In this document: positions 16,935 to 26,698 of the stretch, in pieces | Position numbering within the stretch: position 1 is the first letter of the stretch | How the letters are laid out: each line of letters opens with the position of its first letter | DNA from: a virus | Taxonomy: Duplodnaviria > Caudoviricetes | IMG/VR virus record: IMGVR_UViG_3300037634_006005 | Location: 1 to 30,442 of that record | Direction: 5' to 3' (one strand) | DNA: 30,442 bases | The notes under the pieces: model-generated | What the model saw: only the letters and a program-made list of their open reading frames with translations | Database searches by the model: none | What the model was told of the DNA's origin: nothing | Program-made: the position numbers and the translations under genes

Positions 16935-19547
16935 TTAATCTTTGACTTTTTCTTTGGAACGTTTTGAATTAATTTCTAATTTATTTTTGATGTCTTGCAT
17001 CAGTAACTGTGCTCTTTGTGTTTGTGCATTTATTGCTAATTCTTGTTTTTGAAAATCCAAATATTGCAATTCTATATCTCTTTCTGTATTTGTTTTATAT
17101 CTCTGCTCATCTATTTTGCCTTTTACTTCTTCTTTTTTCGCTTCTATTTCTAATGCTTTTAATTGCAACTCTCTTTCTTTAACAGACATATCCATCTGTT
17201 TAAGTCTTTCTTGTATCTGAGCATCCATTTGTTTCATCTGAGCATCCATTTGTGCTTGCATTTGAATTGCCTGTTGTTGCGCTTGTGCTTTAGCTTGTTC
17301 ACTCGCCTGTTGAGATTGTTGAGAAAGCTGATACATTTTTTCCTCTTGCTCTGCAAAATACTCACGCATTTCATGAACATTATCCATATCTAATAAAGTA
17401 AGATATTGCGATCCTTGCATTTGACCAGATTGTAATTTATTTAAACCTATCTGCTTTGCATTATCAATTGCCTCTTGCTCTTTTAACCCTGCATTTATTA
17501 AAACCTTAAATTGTCCATCTAAAGATCCCGCAGGAATATTATATATATTTTGTTCTATTTTATTTAACACATAAGCACCGACATGTTCTTCTTCTTTTGC
17601 ATTTTCATATAAATTTGCAAGTTTTGTTAATGCCCTTTCTATTAAATCTTCATGCTCTTGATAATAAGTTTCTACTGAAGCGCTACTTTGTTGAATAGAC
17701 ATTTTCATTGTTCCTACTTGGTCTGAATTTGCTACTGCTCCCTCTAAGTTATTATAAATCCCTGTAATCATAGATACAAGATTTATTAAACTTTGTTTCA
17801 TATTATCTATTAAACTAACAGAAGGAGATAAAGATTGATCAAATGTCTGAAACTGATTAAAAGAAGTATTTATCTTCTTATTGTTCTTTTTGACAGTTTT
17901 GATATACATAATCCCTTGCCTCATATAATAGTTTACTTCTGCAGGAGACATACCATCTGGCTTTTGTGCTAAATCGTATACTATTCCTCGCACCCCTGCC
18001 AAAGCTATTAAAAGTTCTTCTTGATAATGAAGTATATTTATTAACTCCTGCAAATCTCTTGTCTCCCATACTAATGATCTTGCTTGTTGAAATCTATGTA
18101 CATTTTTCCCTACAAATGGCAATTGAACATCACTCTTATGTTTATGATCTCTTTGAATATCTTCTCTTTTACCCATTGTTATATAGGTATCTTTTCCTAA
18201 TCTAAGTCCTTCCCAAAGATCTACTCTATGTCTAACCTCTATTTTTTCTCCTCTCTTTTTTAATCTATTTCTTTTAGATTCAGTATTAACCATTTTTTTT
18301 GCAGAATCTATATCTAAAAATCTAATAAAATCTGGTTTAGATTTTAAAAATTTACTTTCTTTTTTATTTGGTTTAATTAAAGCAGGTATAGAAATATATT
18401 CTTTCCAAAAAAGTTGATAAACAGGATATAACTCATTACTACCAGATCGTTGATCATTTCCATCAAATCCAACAAATTGTCCGTCAGGAAGATGGCTTAA
18501 ATTAGTTGAAGACCTTGAATGCTGTGAGGGCATCTCCGATTTAATTTTATTGACATCGGATTCTGTGAGGTATTTTCCGTACTCAGCTATTATTTGCTGA
18601 AATGTCATATATCTTAATCGAACCGCCCATCCAAGATCTTCTATATATTCTGCCTCTTCACTATATTGATAATCTAAATATTCTGGTCTTACTAATTCAA
18701 AACTTGGTTGAGATTGACCTTTAAGCCAATCTACATAATACACAGGTTTATCTGTAATTAATTTTTCTTCAAAGCCTTTATTAAATAAAGTTCTTAATCT
18801 ATTATTTTCAATATAGCCTTGAATTAATTTCAAAGCCATAACTTCTTGCATATCTCTATAAGAAAATTTATAATACTTACTTATTTTTTTTCTTTCTTCC
18901 TCTGAAAGATTTAATTCTCTTGCAATTTCTTCCTGCATTTTGCCTAGCATCATATTTACTTGAGTAAGCATTTGTTGTGCTTCTGGAACTTGTTCATACT
19001 GTTGGAATAACTCTTGTTTTTGGGCAAGCAATTGCTGTTGCATTTGAATTGCCATCATTCTATTAGTTATTCTTTCATTAAAAACATCAATAACATCTTT
19101 TGTTCTTTTATTATTTTTTCTATCTATAGATCCTCTATCTATTGCATATGCATTAACTTTAAAAGGTCTCATCTTTTCTCTAGACTTTAACGCTCTTAAT
19201 TTAGAAGATACTATGGGAATATGCCGAACTTCTGCAGGTTGTTTTAAAGAAACCGTTTTTATTGCTCCTGTTTGAGTTTTTATTTTTTTATCAAGATTTC
19301 TATATAAGTAATCAAAATCAGAAGAAGTAGAAGTATTTTGATATATCTTTCTACAATATGCATCTCTTTGCTTTTCAGTTTTTATTTGCTTAGAATTTTT
19401 AGGAGCATCTGCATTGAAATCGCATTCATTGATAAATCCTTGAATTTTTTCTTTACAGAGTCTTTTTTGTTCTTCGTAAGAATAATCTTCCAAAGGTTTT
19501 TCTAAAACTAAAATCAATGATAAATTTCCACCAAAATTTTCGTACAT
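16935..19547 (-). CDS. Portal protein
   Basis: 870 aa directly after TerL. Has HIPIVSSKL..L...E..RP, LPFVG and ITGI...EG motifs, and a long Gln-rich C-terminal coiled coil (P22-like barrel). Confidence 0.9.
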   Translation of the reverse strand: MYENFGGNLSLILVLEKPLEDYSYEEQKRLCKEKIQGFINECDFNADAPKNSKQIKTEKQRDAYCRKIYQNTSTSSDFDYLYRNLDKKIKTQTGAIKTVSLKQPAEVRHIPIVSSKLRALKSREKMRPFKVNAYAIDRGSIDRKNNKRTKDVIDVFNERITNRMMAIQMQQQLLAQKQELFQQYEQVPEAQQMLTQVNMMLGKMQEEIARELNLSEEERKKISKYYKFSYRDMQEVMALKLIQGYIENNRLRTLFNKGFEEKLITDKPVYYVDWLKGQSQPSFELVRPEYLDYQYSEEAEYIEDLGWAVRLRYMTFQQIIAEYGKYLTESDVNKIKSEMPSQHSRSSTNLSHLPDGQFVGFDGNDQRSGSNELYPVYQLFWKEYISIPALIKPNKKESKFLKSKPDFIRFLDIDSAKKMVNTESKRNRLKKRGEKIEVRHRVDLWEGLRLGKDTYITMGKREDIQRDHKHKSDVQLPFVGKNVHRFQQARSLVWETRDLQELINILHYQEELLIALAGVRGIVYDLAQKPDGMSPAEVNYYMRQGIMYIKTVKKNNKKINTSFNQFQTFDQSLSPSVSLIDNMKQSLINLVSMITGIYNNLEGAVANSDQVGTMKMSIQQSSASVETYYQEHEDLIERALTKLANLYENAKEEEHVGAYVLNKIEQNIYNIPAGSLDGQFKVLINAGLKEQEAIDNAKQIGLNKLQSGQMQGSQYLTLLDMDNVHEMREYFAEQEEKMYQLSQQSQQASEQAKAQAQQQAIQMQAQMDAQMKQMDAQIQERLKQMDMSVKERELQLKALEIEAKKEEVKGKIDEQRYKTNTERDIELQYLDFQKQELAINAQTQRAQLLMQDIKNKLEINSKRSKEKVKD

Positions 19548-19549
19548 AG

Positions 19550-21835
19550 TTAGTCTGTATAAAATCCATCTAAGTCTTCATAGGCTTCATTAAAATAGTT
19601 TCCTACTGATTCTATTCCATTTTTGCCTTGAACAAATCCTCCGATAGGATAGTTAAACTCGTTATTCATTTCATTTGTTTGCTCGACTTCTATTCCTAAA
19701 TGTCGATTATCTAACATATGCTCTAATGCAAGCATATTACTTATTGTTACATCACAGTTATGCTTGTCTCTTGATGTTGTCTTTCTATAAGCAAGTGCTC
19801 TAGTAATAGACTCAAAATCATACATATTAAAGAAATTCTCTTCAATGTATGTAGCATAATGTTCTTCCCATACATATTTTGTATTTGGATCGATACCAAA
19901 TTTATTTGCTATCTTAGAATTTTTAACGTTTGCATAGGTTATTAAAGGTCTTTCTTTAAGCAAAGGTTCAAATCCCATATTCTTATAATAATCAAAGATA
20001 TTAACATTTGACCATTCTATCAAGTTTTGACACATATTATAGTATAAACACAATTTAAGAGTAGATGCATAGAACTTTTCAATCTTACTAGGCCTCCATG
20101 TTACTCTAGCTACAAACATATTGCTTGTAGAGTTTGCATTTCTATATCCTTTAAAGATACTGCAACTTCCTAATGAATCAGATGTTGGTGCTTTAGGCTT
20201 GTCATAGCTATCTGTTCCTGCACCGTAAAGGCTATCATATATTTCATCTGAAAAAAAAGATTCAAAAGAATCGCTTTCTCCTGGTCTTTCGGGATGTTCA
20301 ATGATTAAATAAGGATATTTAAGATCTCCATCAGAATCCACTTCCCCTACTTCGCCAGGTGCAGCGGGAACCCATCTTATTCCTATTATATTGCTACCCT
20401 TATCTCTAAAAAGAACTTCTTTTTTCTTATCTGCCTTATCATCAGACTTATGCTCTGCAGCATAAATAAATTCTAAGTTGCCCCATTGTTGCTTTTCATC
20501 CCAATTATCTGCTAATAATTTTTTTCTTTGCCTTAATAATTTTTCAGTATTAAAAGGACTAAGACCAGATACAGAAAATGCTTCTGTAGGAGTAAAAGGC
20601 ATTTGTGTTTTTTCTTCGTGTAAATCCTTTTTGTTGTTACCAAGTTTTGCTCTTTCTTCTTTTAATAATATCAATCCTTGGTCTTTATAACTATTGCCAT
20701 CATTATCCATTACGTAATATTTCCACGCAGGAAAGAAACAAGCTGATGTTGTTCCTGGTGTAATATTTTCATCCCATTCATTTTCTACAGATAACAGATC
20801 ATATCTTTCTGGATTATAAAACATAGTCATCATTTGACCTACACCTTTAGACATTTCTCCTCCTGTTCCAATAAAAATAACAATTCTTCCATCCTTTTTT
20901 CCTCTTTCTGCAATAGAAGGGCGTATCATACCATATACTTTCATTAACAGTGGATTAATACCTGCCTCTTCCATTATTACCAAAGTAGGGGATTTCCCAG
21001 AAGCTGCTTGAGAATTATCTTTAGTTGTTATAGCAAAAACTTTAGATTCATATCCTTTTGCTACTCCTACACCTACTCTATATCCAGACCAGAATTCTTC
21101 GGGTTTATCTTTGCCTGCAGATCTTCTTTTATAAAAAGGCCTGCCTGCATTTGCTTTATTTGGGGATAAAGCATCTAAACCTGTTTTGCATTTAGCAGAT
21201 GTATTCATAGAATATGAATCCAATCCTGCAACAATTAGCGATTCTGAAGCAGGGAAAAATGTATATTCATAGGCGACTAGTGCTGCTACTTTTTCAGAAA
21301 AACCAATCTGCCTACGTTTAAGCATCATGATATTCTTTTCAGTTTTTCTAGCTTCTTCTACAAGGTCAAAGAACTCTTTGTCAAGATCCAAAAAATAAGG
21401 AGGAATATAGCCTTTTCCTCTTGATTTAGCTTTAATCCTCCAGTAATTTAAATACCAATAATGTGCACCTTGAATAAATACGCCTCCAATTTTATATCCC
21501 TCCATACATCTTCTCCTTTCTTCATACCAAAAGTCAAGATATTTCTTGGGATAATTTATTGCTATTATTTTACGTGTTTTTCTATCTGGATCGTCATATA
21601 CTTCCCATTTATTAGAATATGAAATAACAGTATGTTCTTGGTCATATATAGCAGGAGAAAATAATTCTACATTTTTGTATTTCTGTTTTTTTTCGTCATA
21701 ACAAGAAATATTAGGAGAGACTTGGCTGCCATAGTATATTCTTTCTTGTACAGGAATAGTTCCATTCTGTACAAGATTTGTTTTAGTATTTATGACAATA
21801 CCATCAATTTCTCTTAATTTTTCTTTTGTTCCCAT
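19550..21835 (-). CDS. terL: Terminase large subunit
   Basis: FW.EE.RRC..G, HYWYLNY, LKRRQIGFS (Walker A region), VIMEEAG (Walker B), GTGG, nuclease GTDSYD and C-terminal NCD motifs, as in crAss-type TerL. Confidence 0.95.
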   Translation of the reverse strand: MGTKEKLREIDGIVINTKTNLVQNGTIPVQERIYYGSQVSPNISCYDEKKQKYKNVELFSPAIYDQEHTVISYSNKWEVYDDPDRKTRKIIAINYPKKYLDFWYEERRRCMEGYKIGGVFIQGAHYWYLNYWRIKAKSRGKGYIPPYFLDLDKEFFDLVEEARKTEKNIMMLKRRQIGFSEKVAALVAYEYTFFPASESLIVAGLDSYSMNTSAKCKTGLDALSPNKANAGRPFYKRRSAGKDKPEEFWSGYRVGVGVAKGYESKVFAITTKDNSQAASGKSPTLVIMEEAGINPLLMKVYGMIRPSIAERGKKDGRIVIFIGTGGEMSKGVGQMMTMFYNPERYDLLSVENEWDENITPGTTSACFFPAWKYYVMDNDGNSYKDQGLILLKEERAKLGNNKKDLHEEKTQMPFTPTEAFSVSGLSPFNTEKLLRQRKKLLADNWDEKQQWGNLEFIYAAEHKSDDKADKKKEVLFRDKGSNIIGIRWVPAAPGEVGEVDSDGDLKYPYLIIEHPERPGESDSFESFFSDEIYDSLYGAGTDSYDKPKAPTSDSLGSCSIFKGYRNANSTSNMFVARVTWRPSKIEKFYASTLKLCLYYNMCQNLIEWSNVNIFDYYKNMGFEPLLKERPLITYANVKNSKIANKFGIDPNTKYVWEEHYATYIEENFFNMYDFESITRALAYRKTTSRDKHNCDVTISNMLALEHMLDNRHLGIEVEQTNEMNNEFNYPIGGFVQGKNGIESVGNYFNEAYEDLDGFYTD

Positions 21836-21840
21836 ATTTG

Positions 21841-22098
21841 CTATACAGCACTAAGATCTGTGCAATCACAATCAGTTAATCCACCAGATTTATTTCTATG
21901 TGTTAGTAAAACTCCGCTTTTATTATTAATAAAGCCATCAGCTGCAGGACAACACACTACCCCATCAGCATTTGTTGCTGTTTTTTCGGCAAACCTTGTT
22001 GATGTTAATCCATTTTTAGTAAGAGCTGGTCTGCCCATTAATGATGAACTTTGTTGTACGAGTTTTTCCCATACAACCTTTCCTGAAAATAAACTCAT
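21841..22098 (-). CDS. Small Cys-containing hypothetical protein
   Basis: Co-oriented, ends 5 nt before terL, has an A-rich upstream region, and carries CC and CxC motifs. Confidence 0.55.
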   Translation of the reverse strand: MSLFSGKVVWEKLVQQSSSLMGRPALTKNGLTSTRFAEKTATNADGVVCCPAADGFINNKSGVLLTHRNKSGGLTDCDCTDLSAV

Positions 22099-22150
22099 AA
22101 TAGTTATTTTGTTTTAATTAAAAATTAAATTTAATATTTGCAAAAAAAAA

Positions 22151-22303
22151 TTAAGTTTTTCTTGTCTTTTCTTCTGTTTTTTTTCTTGCTTCCTCTGGAC
22201 AGGTACACTTTTTGCGTAATTTTTCTATCCTTTTGGATTGCTTTTTAAGAAAGAAACAAAGTTTCTCGTTTTCTTCTTCGTAATTTATTTCATTATTCGC
22301 CAT
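22151..22303 (-). CDS. Small basic hypothetical protein (50 aa, not in ORF track)
   Basis: Hand translation: MANNEINYEEENEKLCFFLKKQSKRIEKLRKKCTCPEEARKKTEEKTRKT*. It fills the gap between genes and starts 12 nt after the upstream stop with a TTATTATT leader. Confidence 0.6.
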   Translation of the reverse strand: MANNEINYEEENEKLCFFLKKQSKRIEKLRKKCTCPEEARKKTEEKTRKT

Positions 22304-22315
22304 AATAATAAAAGT

Positions 22316-22612
22316 TTAATCTAGTAATCTTAGTTTATCATTAAGCATCAGCTGAATTGTGCTAACTGCTGAAGTTACTTCTTGTAGTGCTCCAAGAGTT
22401 TCTTGGTCTCTTTCTCTAATATATGTATTTAATTCTTTCAAATGAAGAGCATGTCTTTCTTTTGTTTCTTTAATTTCTTTTCTTAACGCCTTTCTTTCGG
22501 CAGTCATCTCTACTTTTGTTTCTTTTTTATCTTTCCAAAGTGCAAAGATACCTAAACTTAATGCAATTATAACGGGAGTTTGTTCTAATAATTTAAATAA
22601 TATTTCATCCAT
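22316..22612 (-). CDS. Single-TM coiled-coil membrane protein, BhlA/UviB-type holin-like
   Basis: N-terminal TM (VIIALSLGIFALW) followed by a charged coiled coil with RERD. This is the architecture of BhlA-type holins. Confidence 0.5.
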   Translation of the reverse strand: MDEILFKLLEQTPVIIALSLGIFALWKDKKETKVEMTAERKALRKEIKETKERHALHLKELNTYIRERDQETLGALQEVTSAVSTIQLMLNDKLRLLD

Positions 22613-22674
22613 GTGTTTTTTATTTTATACGTTATATATTAATTTATGTTTATAGTAGATCTATTACAAGATTA

Positions 22675-22902
22675 TTATATACACTTTTCTTCTACTTGAA
22701 TAATAATAGTATCTAATACTATTGAACATGAATCTATACTGCTAGTATCTATTTCCGATACATCTCTTAATATTTGCAATTGATTAAATGCATCAATTTC
22801 TAATAAATCAAGTTCATTAATTGGGCCTCCAAAACAAGATTGCAAAACAAAAAGTAATAAAAAAGTTTTAAGTTTAATTAGGTTTAGTAAAAAAGGTTTC
22901 AT
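22675..22902 (-). CDS. Putative small lipoprotein
   Basis: Basic N-terminus, hydrophobic stretch and lipobox-like VLQSC. Short acidic mature part. Confidence 0.5.
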   Translation of the reverse strand: MKPFLLNLIKLKTFLLLFVLQSCFGGPINELDLLEIDAFNQLQILRDVSEIDTSSIDSCSIVLDTIIIQVEEKCI

Positions 22903-22941
22903 TTTGTGGGTTTTATTAGATAGTGAAATTAGGGTTTAGTT

Positions 22942-23427
22942 TTATTGTTTAACAGTTAATAGAACCGTTCCCGTTCCATCAAAGGTTATATCATTTGCAG
23001 TTACTGTATCTGCTTCTAAATCAGCACCTAAAATGACAGAAGTACCCAATGTGTATGGATACACAACGGCATTAGAATTTATAGTAGCTGTTATTGCTCC
23101 ACTACAAGCAAAACTTATTTTTTTCCACCCACTTACAACTGTTGAAGATGGATTAGTTAGTATTTGCTGAGATGGACTATCAGCACTTCCACTTCCAGAT
23201 TCAGTTAGATTTGCTAAATAAATACCTATTGCTGTAGCATTGCCGACAACTGAACCTGCCTCATTTTGAATAGCTGTTAATGCAGCACTAAATTTTGTAT
23301 TTTCTCCTGTATCTCGTAAAGTGATATTATCTCCTGATATACGATAATCAAATACTGATACAGGGATTGGAAATTCTTCGGAATTATCTTCAAGGATTAT
23401 AAATCCTCCTCTTTTAAATACTTTCAT
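22942..23427 (-). CDS. Putative structural (fibre/decoration-like) protein
   Basis: Two small domains joined by an SGSGSADSP linker. Beta-rich, Thr/Ser/Gly-rich C-terminal half. Confidence 0.45.
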   Translation of the reverse strand: MKVFKRGGFIILEDNSEEFPIPVSVFDYRISGDNITLRDTGENTKFSAALTAIQNEAGSVVGNATAIGIYLANLTESGSGSADSPSQQILTNPSSTVVSGWKKISFACSGAITATINSNAVVYPYTLGTSVILGADLEADTVTANDITFDGTGTVLLTVKQ

Positions 23428-23471
23428 ATCTTATTTTTATAATTGTCTTAAATGATTTATTATTATTTTTT

Positions 23472-24062
23472 TTATCCTAAAGTTAAATAACAACATGGTG
23501 CTGCATGTCCTGTATATGGAAAAATTGAAAGCACTCCTGCTGCTATTGTTGCTGGTAATGTTGTTGTATAAGTATAAGAATTGTTATATAAATAATATCC
23601 GTTTACATTATTTGATGCTCCTTGAAAACCAGGAAGTATATTTTGTAAATACTGCGTATAATGCCCTGTGATATTAGTTTGCGCCCCATCTCCCAACATT
23701 GCCATCATATAAACTCCTTGTTCTAACTTTTCTGTACTACCTAAAGCAATAGCCTGCATTCCAGATACTGCAGCAAAAGGACCAACTTGTGCAACCTTAG
23801 TCCAACTATCACTAGCATATACATATTTGTATATACCCCCCACAATATCGTGTGCAACTGCTACACCTGTCTGTAGTCCAATATGTGTTACATTCATCTC
23901 GCCCCCTACCCAAAATAAAAGCCCATACCAATAATCTGCAGCCATTGTTACTGCATTATAACTATTAGTTGCTACACCATAACCACAAGGTAATACATTA
24001 CCTTTTACTCTTATATCAGAAACAGTACCTCCACCTCCACCTTGTTCTATAAGAAAACTCAT
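23472..24062 (-). CDS. Putative fibre/receptor-binding-like protein, paralog of 24487..25065
   Basis: MSFLIEQGGGGG start. Shares G[IV]YKY.Y..D.W.K..QVGPF and LEQG motifs with 24487..25065. Rich in Gly, Tyr and Thr. Confidence 0.5.
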   Translation of the reverse strand: MSFLIEQGGGGGTVSDIRVKGNVLPCGYGVATNSYNAVTMAADYWYGLLFWVGGEMNVTHIGLQTGVAVAHDIVGGIYKYVYASDSWTKVAQVGPFAAVSGMQAIALGSTEKLEQGVYMMAMLGDGAQTNITGHYTQYLQNILPGFQGASNNVNGYYLYNNSYTYTTTLPATIAAGVLSIFPYTGHAAPCCYLTLG

Positions 24063-24063
24063 A

Positions 24064-24465
24064 CTAAAATTGATTTAAATAATTCGCAATTAAATTAATG
24101 TATTTATCTTTTCTTTCTTGTGTAAATACATCATCTGTTACCATATTTTTAATATGATAATCTACTGATGTAACTGCACCTACCTGTGCAAAGTTTAATG
24201 TAGTTGCGAATTTAGCCATTAAAGATTCTCCTTGTTGAGCAGTAACATTAGCTATTCTATTATCTTGCAAAAAAAGAGTTATTAAGTTTTTACAAAAATC
24301 AATATCTGATCCTAGCCTTTCTGCAGGTGGAGTAGATACATAAGGGTATAAATACTCTACTGTATATCCTGCACCTAAACTATCAGCAACTGCTTGTGCT
24401 GCTGCTTCTGTACTATATTTTTCAACAACACTCCATCCATCTTTTGATATTTTATAATAATCCAT
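24064..24465 (-). CDS. Hypothetical helical protein, possible fibre assembly chaperone
   Basis: Sits between two fibre-like paralogs. C-terminal half appears helical. Function inferred from position only. Confidence 0.4.
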   Translation of the reverse strand: MDYYKISKDGWSVVEKYSTEAAAQAVADSLGAGYTVEYLYPYVSTPPAERLGSDIDFCKNLITLFLQDNRIANVTAQQGESLMAKFATTLNFAQVGAVTSVDYHIKNMVTDDVFTQERKDKYINLIANYLNQF

Positions 24466-24486
24466 TATTTTATTTTTTTAAAAAAA

Positions 24487-25065
24487 TTATGCTAATAATA
24501 AAAAACATCCTGGAATATCATCACCTGCTGAACCTCCTGCATTAGCATCAACTCCTGCTATAGTAGCTGGCATGGTAGCTGCATAAACTGCGGTTTTTTT
24601 AAAATGAAATGAACTCCTTGCAGCACCTGACCACATTTGACCTGCAAAATTACCAAATGAATTTACATCATAACCTGTAACATCTGATGCTACACCATCA
24701 GCAGTCATAGCAGTAGCATGTAATCCTTGCTCAAGAGTTATTGAGCTCCCTACAGATTCTGATTTTACACCAGCAGTTGAATCAAATGGCCCAACTTGAG
24801 TTATTTTATCCCACCTATCAGCATCATAGTCGTATTTATATACACCTGCTATTATATCAACACTTAAAGTGCCAGCAGTATGAATTCCTATTTCTGAAAA
24901 AGTTAATTTGCCTGGCACAAAAAATGGAATTAAATAAATTCCACCATCAGTAGTTTCTGTATCACCATAAGTTACACCATTAGCTGTTTTAGCACCTGGA
25001 AAAATTCTAGATCCTTTTACATACATATCTACTTCAGGGCTGCCACCTTGAATTACAAAGCTCAT
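24487..25065 (-). CDS. Putative fibre/receptor-binding-like protein, paralog of 23472..24062
   Basis: MSFVIQGG start. IIAGVYKYDYDADRWDKITQVGPF...LEQG...TMPATIAG aligns with the 196-aa protein. Confidence 0.5.
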   Translation of the reverse strand: MSFVIQGGSPEVDMYVKGSRIFPGAKTANGVTYGDTETTDGGIYLIPFFVPGKLTFSEIGIHTAGTLSVDIIAGVYKYDYDADRWDKITQVGPFDSTAGVKSESVGSSITLEQGLHATAMTADGVASDVTGYDVNSFGNFAGQMWSGAARSSFHFKKTAVYAATMPATIAGVDANAGGSAGDDIPGCFLLLA

Positions 25066-25077
25066 ATTTTTTACTGA

Positions 25078-25704
25078 TTATTGTTTTTTCTTTAATTCAC
25101 CATATTGCAACTGAATATGTATCGGCTTATGGTTTTCTGGTATCTCAAAAAGATACAAAGGGCAACCTTCTATGCCTTCTTGTTCAGTTGAAGTTTCGAG
25201 CAAAACTTTGGTCTCGTATTCTTTATAATGCTTTTCTGCCAGGGCGAGTGCCATAGCATATTCTTTGTCATCGTCTGCAGTATTTGTAACTACAGCGTAT
25301 TTATCTCTCCAATATGCTATCTTTTCTCTGAAGGCATCTAGAGTTCTTTCTGATTCAGTATAGCAAATTTTTTTGTAAAAATCTAAAAATTCTACAATTA
25401 CTTTCTCAGTATATATATATTTCTTGGTAAATTTTCGGTTAGCACCTGGAATTTTAAGTTTATTAAAAAGGTCATACTTTTCTACTACCACTTCCCTGCG
25501 TTCATTTATAGGATACGGATTATATGCATTCTTGTTGCCTAAACAGTCTATCTTATGATAAACAAAAAATATATAACGGCATATATCTATAAATAATCTT
25601 TTGCCATTCTCTTTCTTTCCACAATATTGTTTTAAGTCTTGATACTCTTTGATCGTTTCTCCAACAGGAGTAACACATACCTTACTTTTGTAAAGATAAA
25701 ACAT
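25078..25704 (-). CDS. Conserved crAss-like protein, possible terminase small subunit
   Basis: RYIFFVY...Y..YP..ER..V pattern plus a helical C-terminus. Resembles, from recollection, the protein usually encoded upstream of crAss terL. Confidence 0.35.
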   Translation of the reverse strand: MFYLYKSKVCVTPVGETIKEYQDLKQYCGKKENGKRLFIDICRYIFFVYHKIDCLGNKNAYNPYPINERREVVVEKYDLFNKLKIPGANRKFTKKYIYTEKVIVEFLDFYKKICYTESERTLDAFREKIAYWRDKYAVVTNTADDDKEYAMALALAEKHYKEYETKVLLETSTEQEGIEGCPLYLFEIPENHKPIHIQLQYGELKKKQ

Positions 25705-26116
25705 ATTTTTTCTTTAAGCTAATAATAATTCTTCCTTTTCCGAATTCTGTCCATATTTTTTTTATCTCTCCGCATCTCCATATATGAGAATCATCTTTTC
25801 CTGCTGCATCTAAAATAGGTTTAATTAAATTATCGAAATCGGGTTTTTGTTTATGGGCCTGGCCTATTCTTGATAGTTTTTCGGCTTTTATCTTTTTGCT
25901 GCCTACATTTGGATTAGGAATAGGCATATAAAATGTTATTGCTTCTAATTCATCTGGTAAATTAGAAATTCCTTTTACTTTCATTAGAAAGGCAAGATCT
26001 TTTTTATATTTCACATAAGACTTTATTCTTTTACCTTTTGTAGGATGATACATAGACTTTCGGCCATTACTTCTTACTGCTCCTTGAGGGGTTATATTTA
26101 TTTCGATGTCCTGCAT
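25682..26116 (-). CDS. rusA: RusA-family Holliday junction resolvase
   Basis: KPDFDNLIKPILDA...DDSHI catalytic motif and F..P.P, typical of RusA. Confidence 0.88.
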   Translation of the reverse strand: MQDIEINITPQGAVRSNGRKSMYHPTKGKRIKSYVKYKKDLAFLMKVKGISNLPDELEAITFYMPIPNPNVGSKKIKAEKLSRIGQAHKQKPDFDNLIKPILDAAGKDDSHIWRCGEIKKIWTEFGKGRIIISLKKKYVLSLQK

Positions 26117-26418
26117 TCTGAATGTAAATTTTCATCTGTTACATGATTGGGAGTACAACTATAATGAATTCTACTTTCATTATCTTCGGCCCAATCTAAT
26201 AAATAACTCGTATATTCTTGTGCTATTCTTATAAGAATTTTACGGAAGTTTCCCTTTCCTGTAGTTGCCCATCCCGGGAAAGGAGTATCTGTCATAACAG
26301 AATTTCTCCATTCAACAAGAAAATCTACTACTTTCTGATTGGCATAAGGATGCTTTATTTTTATATAAGCAGCTATAGAAACTGGAAACTCATTATCCAT
26401 TATGTCCATCTTTCCCAC
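26098..26418 (-). CDS. Hypothetical protein
   Basis: Co-oriented ORF overlapping both neighbours. No recognised motif. Confidence 0.55.
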   Translation of the reverse strand: MGKMDIMDNEFPVSIAAYIKIKHPYANQKVVDFLVEWRNSVMTDTPFPGWATTGKGNFRKILIRIAQEYTSYLLDWAEDNESRIHYSCTPNHVTDENLHSECRTSK

Positions 26419-26698
26419 TATTTAAAAAATTATTAAATAAATTCTCTTTATCTTCTGTTAGTTCTTCATAATCTATATATTCATTTTGTATAGATTCTTT
26501 TTTTCCTAAATACTTCCATTTACTATACCTAGTGAGTTCTTTAGAAGAAAAGCTTAAAGAAGACAATGGAATTCTAACATCACCATTTAGGGTTGCAAGC
26601 GTTAGCTTGCCCGATTTTTTTTCAACAAACAGGTCTATTGTTCCAAACCAAACTTTTACAGAGATCTTATCTCCTACGGATAAACTAGAACTAAGCAT
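26393..26698 (-). CDS. Hypothetical protein
   Basis: Co-oriented and tightly packed. LSVGDKISV start suggests a small SH3-like barrel (weak). Confidence 0.55.
   Translation of the reverse strand: MLSSSLSVGDKISVKVWFGTIDLFVEKKSGKLTLATLNGDVRIPLSSLSFSSKELTRYSKWKYLGKKESIQNEYIDYEELTEDKENLFNNFLNSGKDGHNG

Noticed and set aside
3934-18069. Short alternative-frame minus-strand ORFs (3934..4122, 6109..6369, 14008..14211, 15379..15567, 15766..16029, 16639..16887, 17878..18069)
   Set aside because: Nested in or overlapping long conserved genes, with composition typical of off-frame translation.
19550-21835. Intein or intron in terL, portal or MCP
   Set aside because: ORFs are uninterrupted and of ordinary size, with no C...HN splice motifs or LAGLIDADG/HNH signature noticed.
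24472-24487. Palindrome atttttttaaaaaaat and other intergenic homopolymers as phase-variation sites
   Set aside because: Low complexity, intergenic and expected in a roughly 70% AT genome.
23472-25065. DGR or invertase-driven shuffling of the fibre-like paralogs
   Set aside because: No reverse transcriptase or recombinase in the window, no long near-identical TR/VR pair or inverted repeats seen, and the paralogs are diverged throughout.
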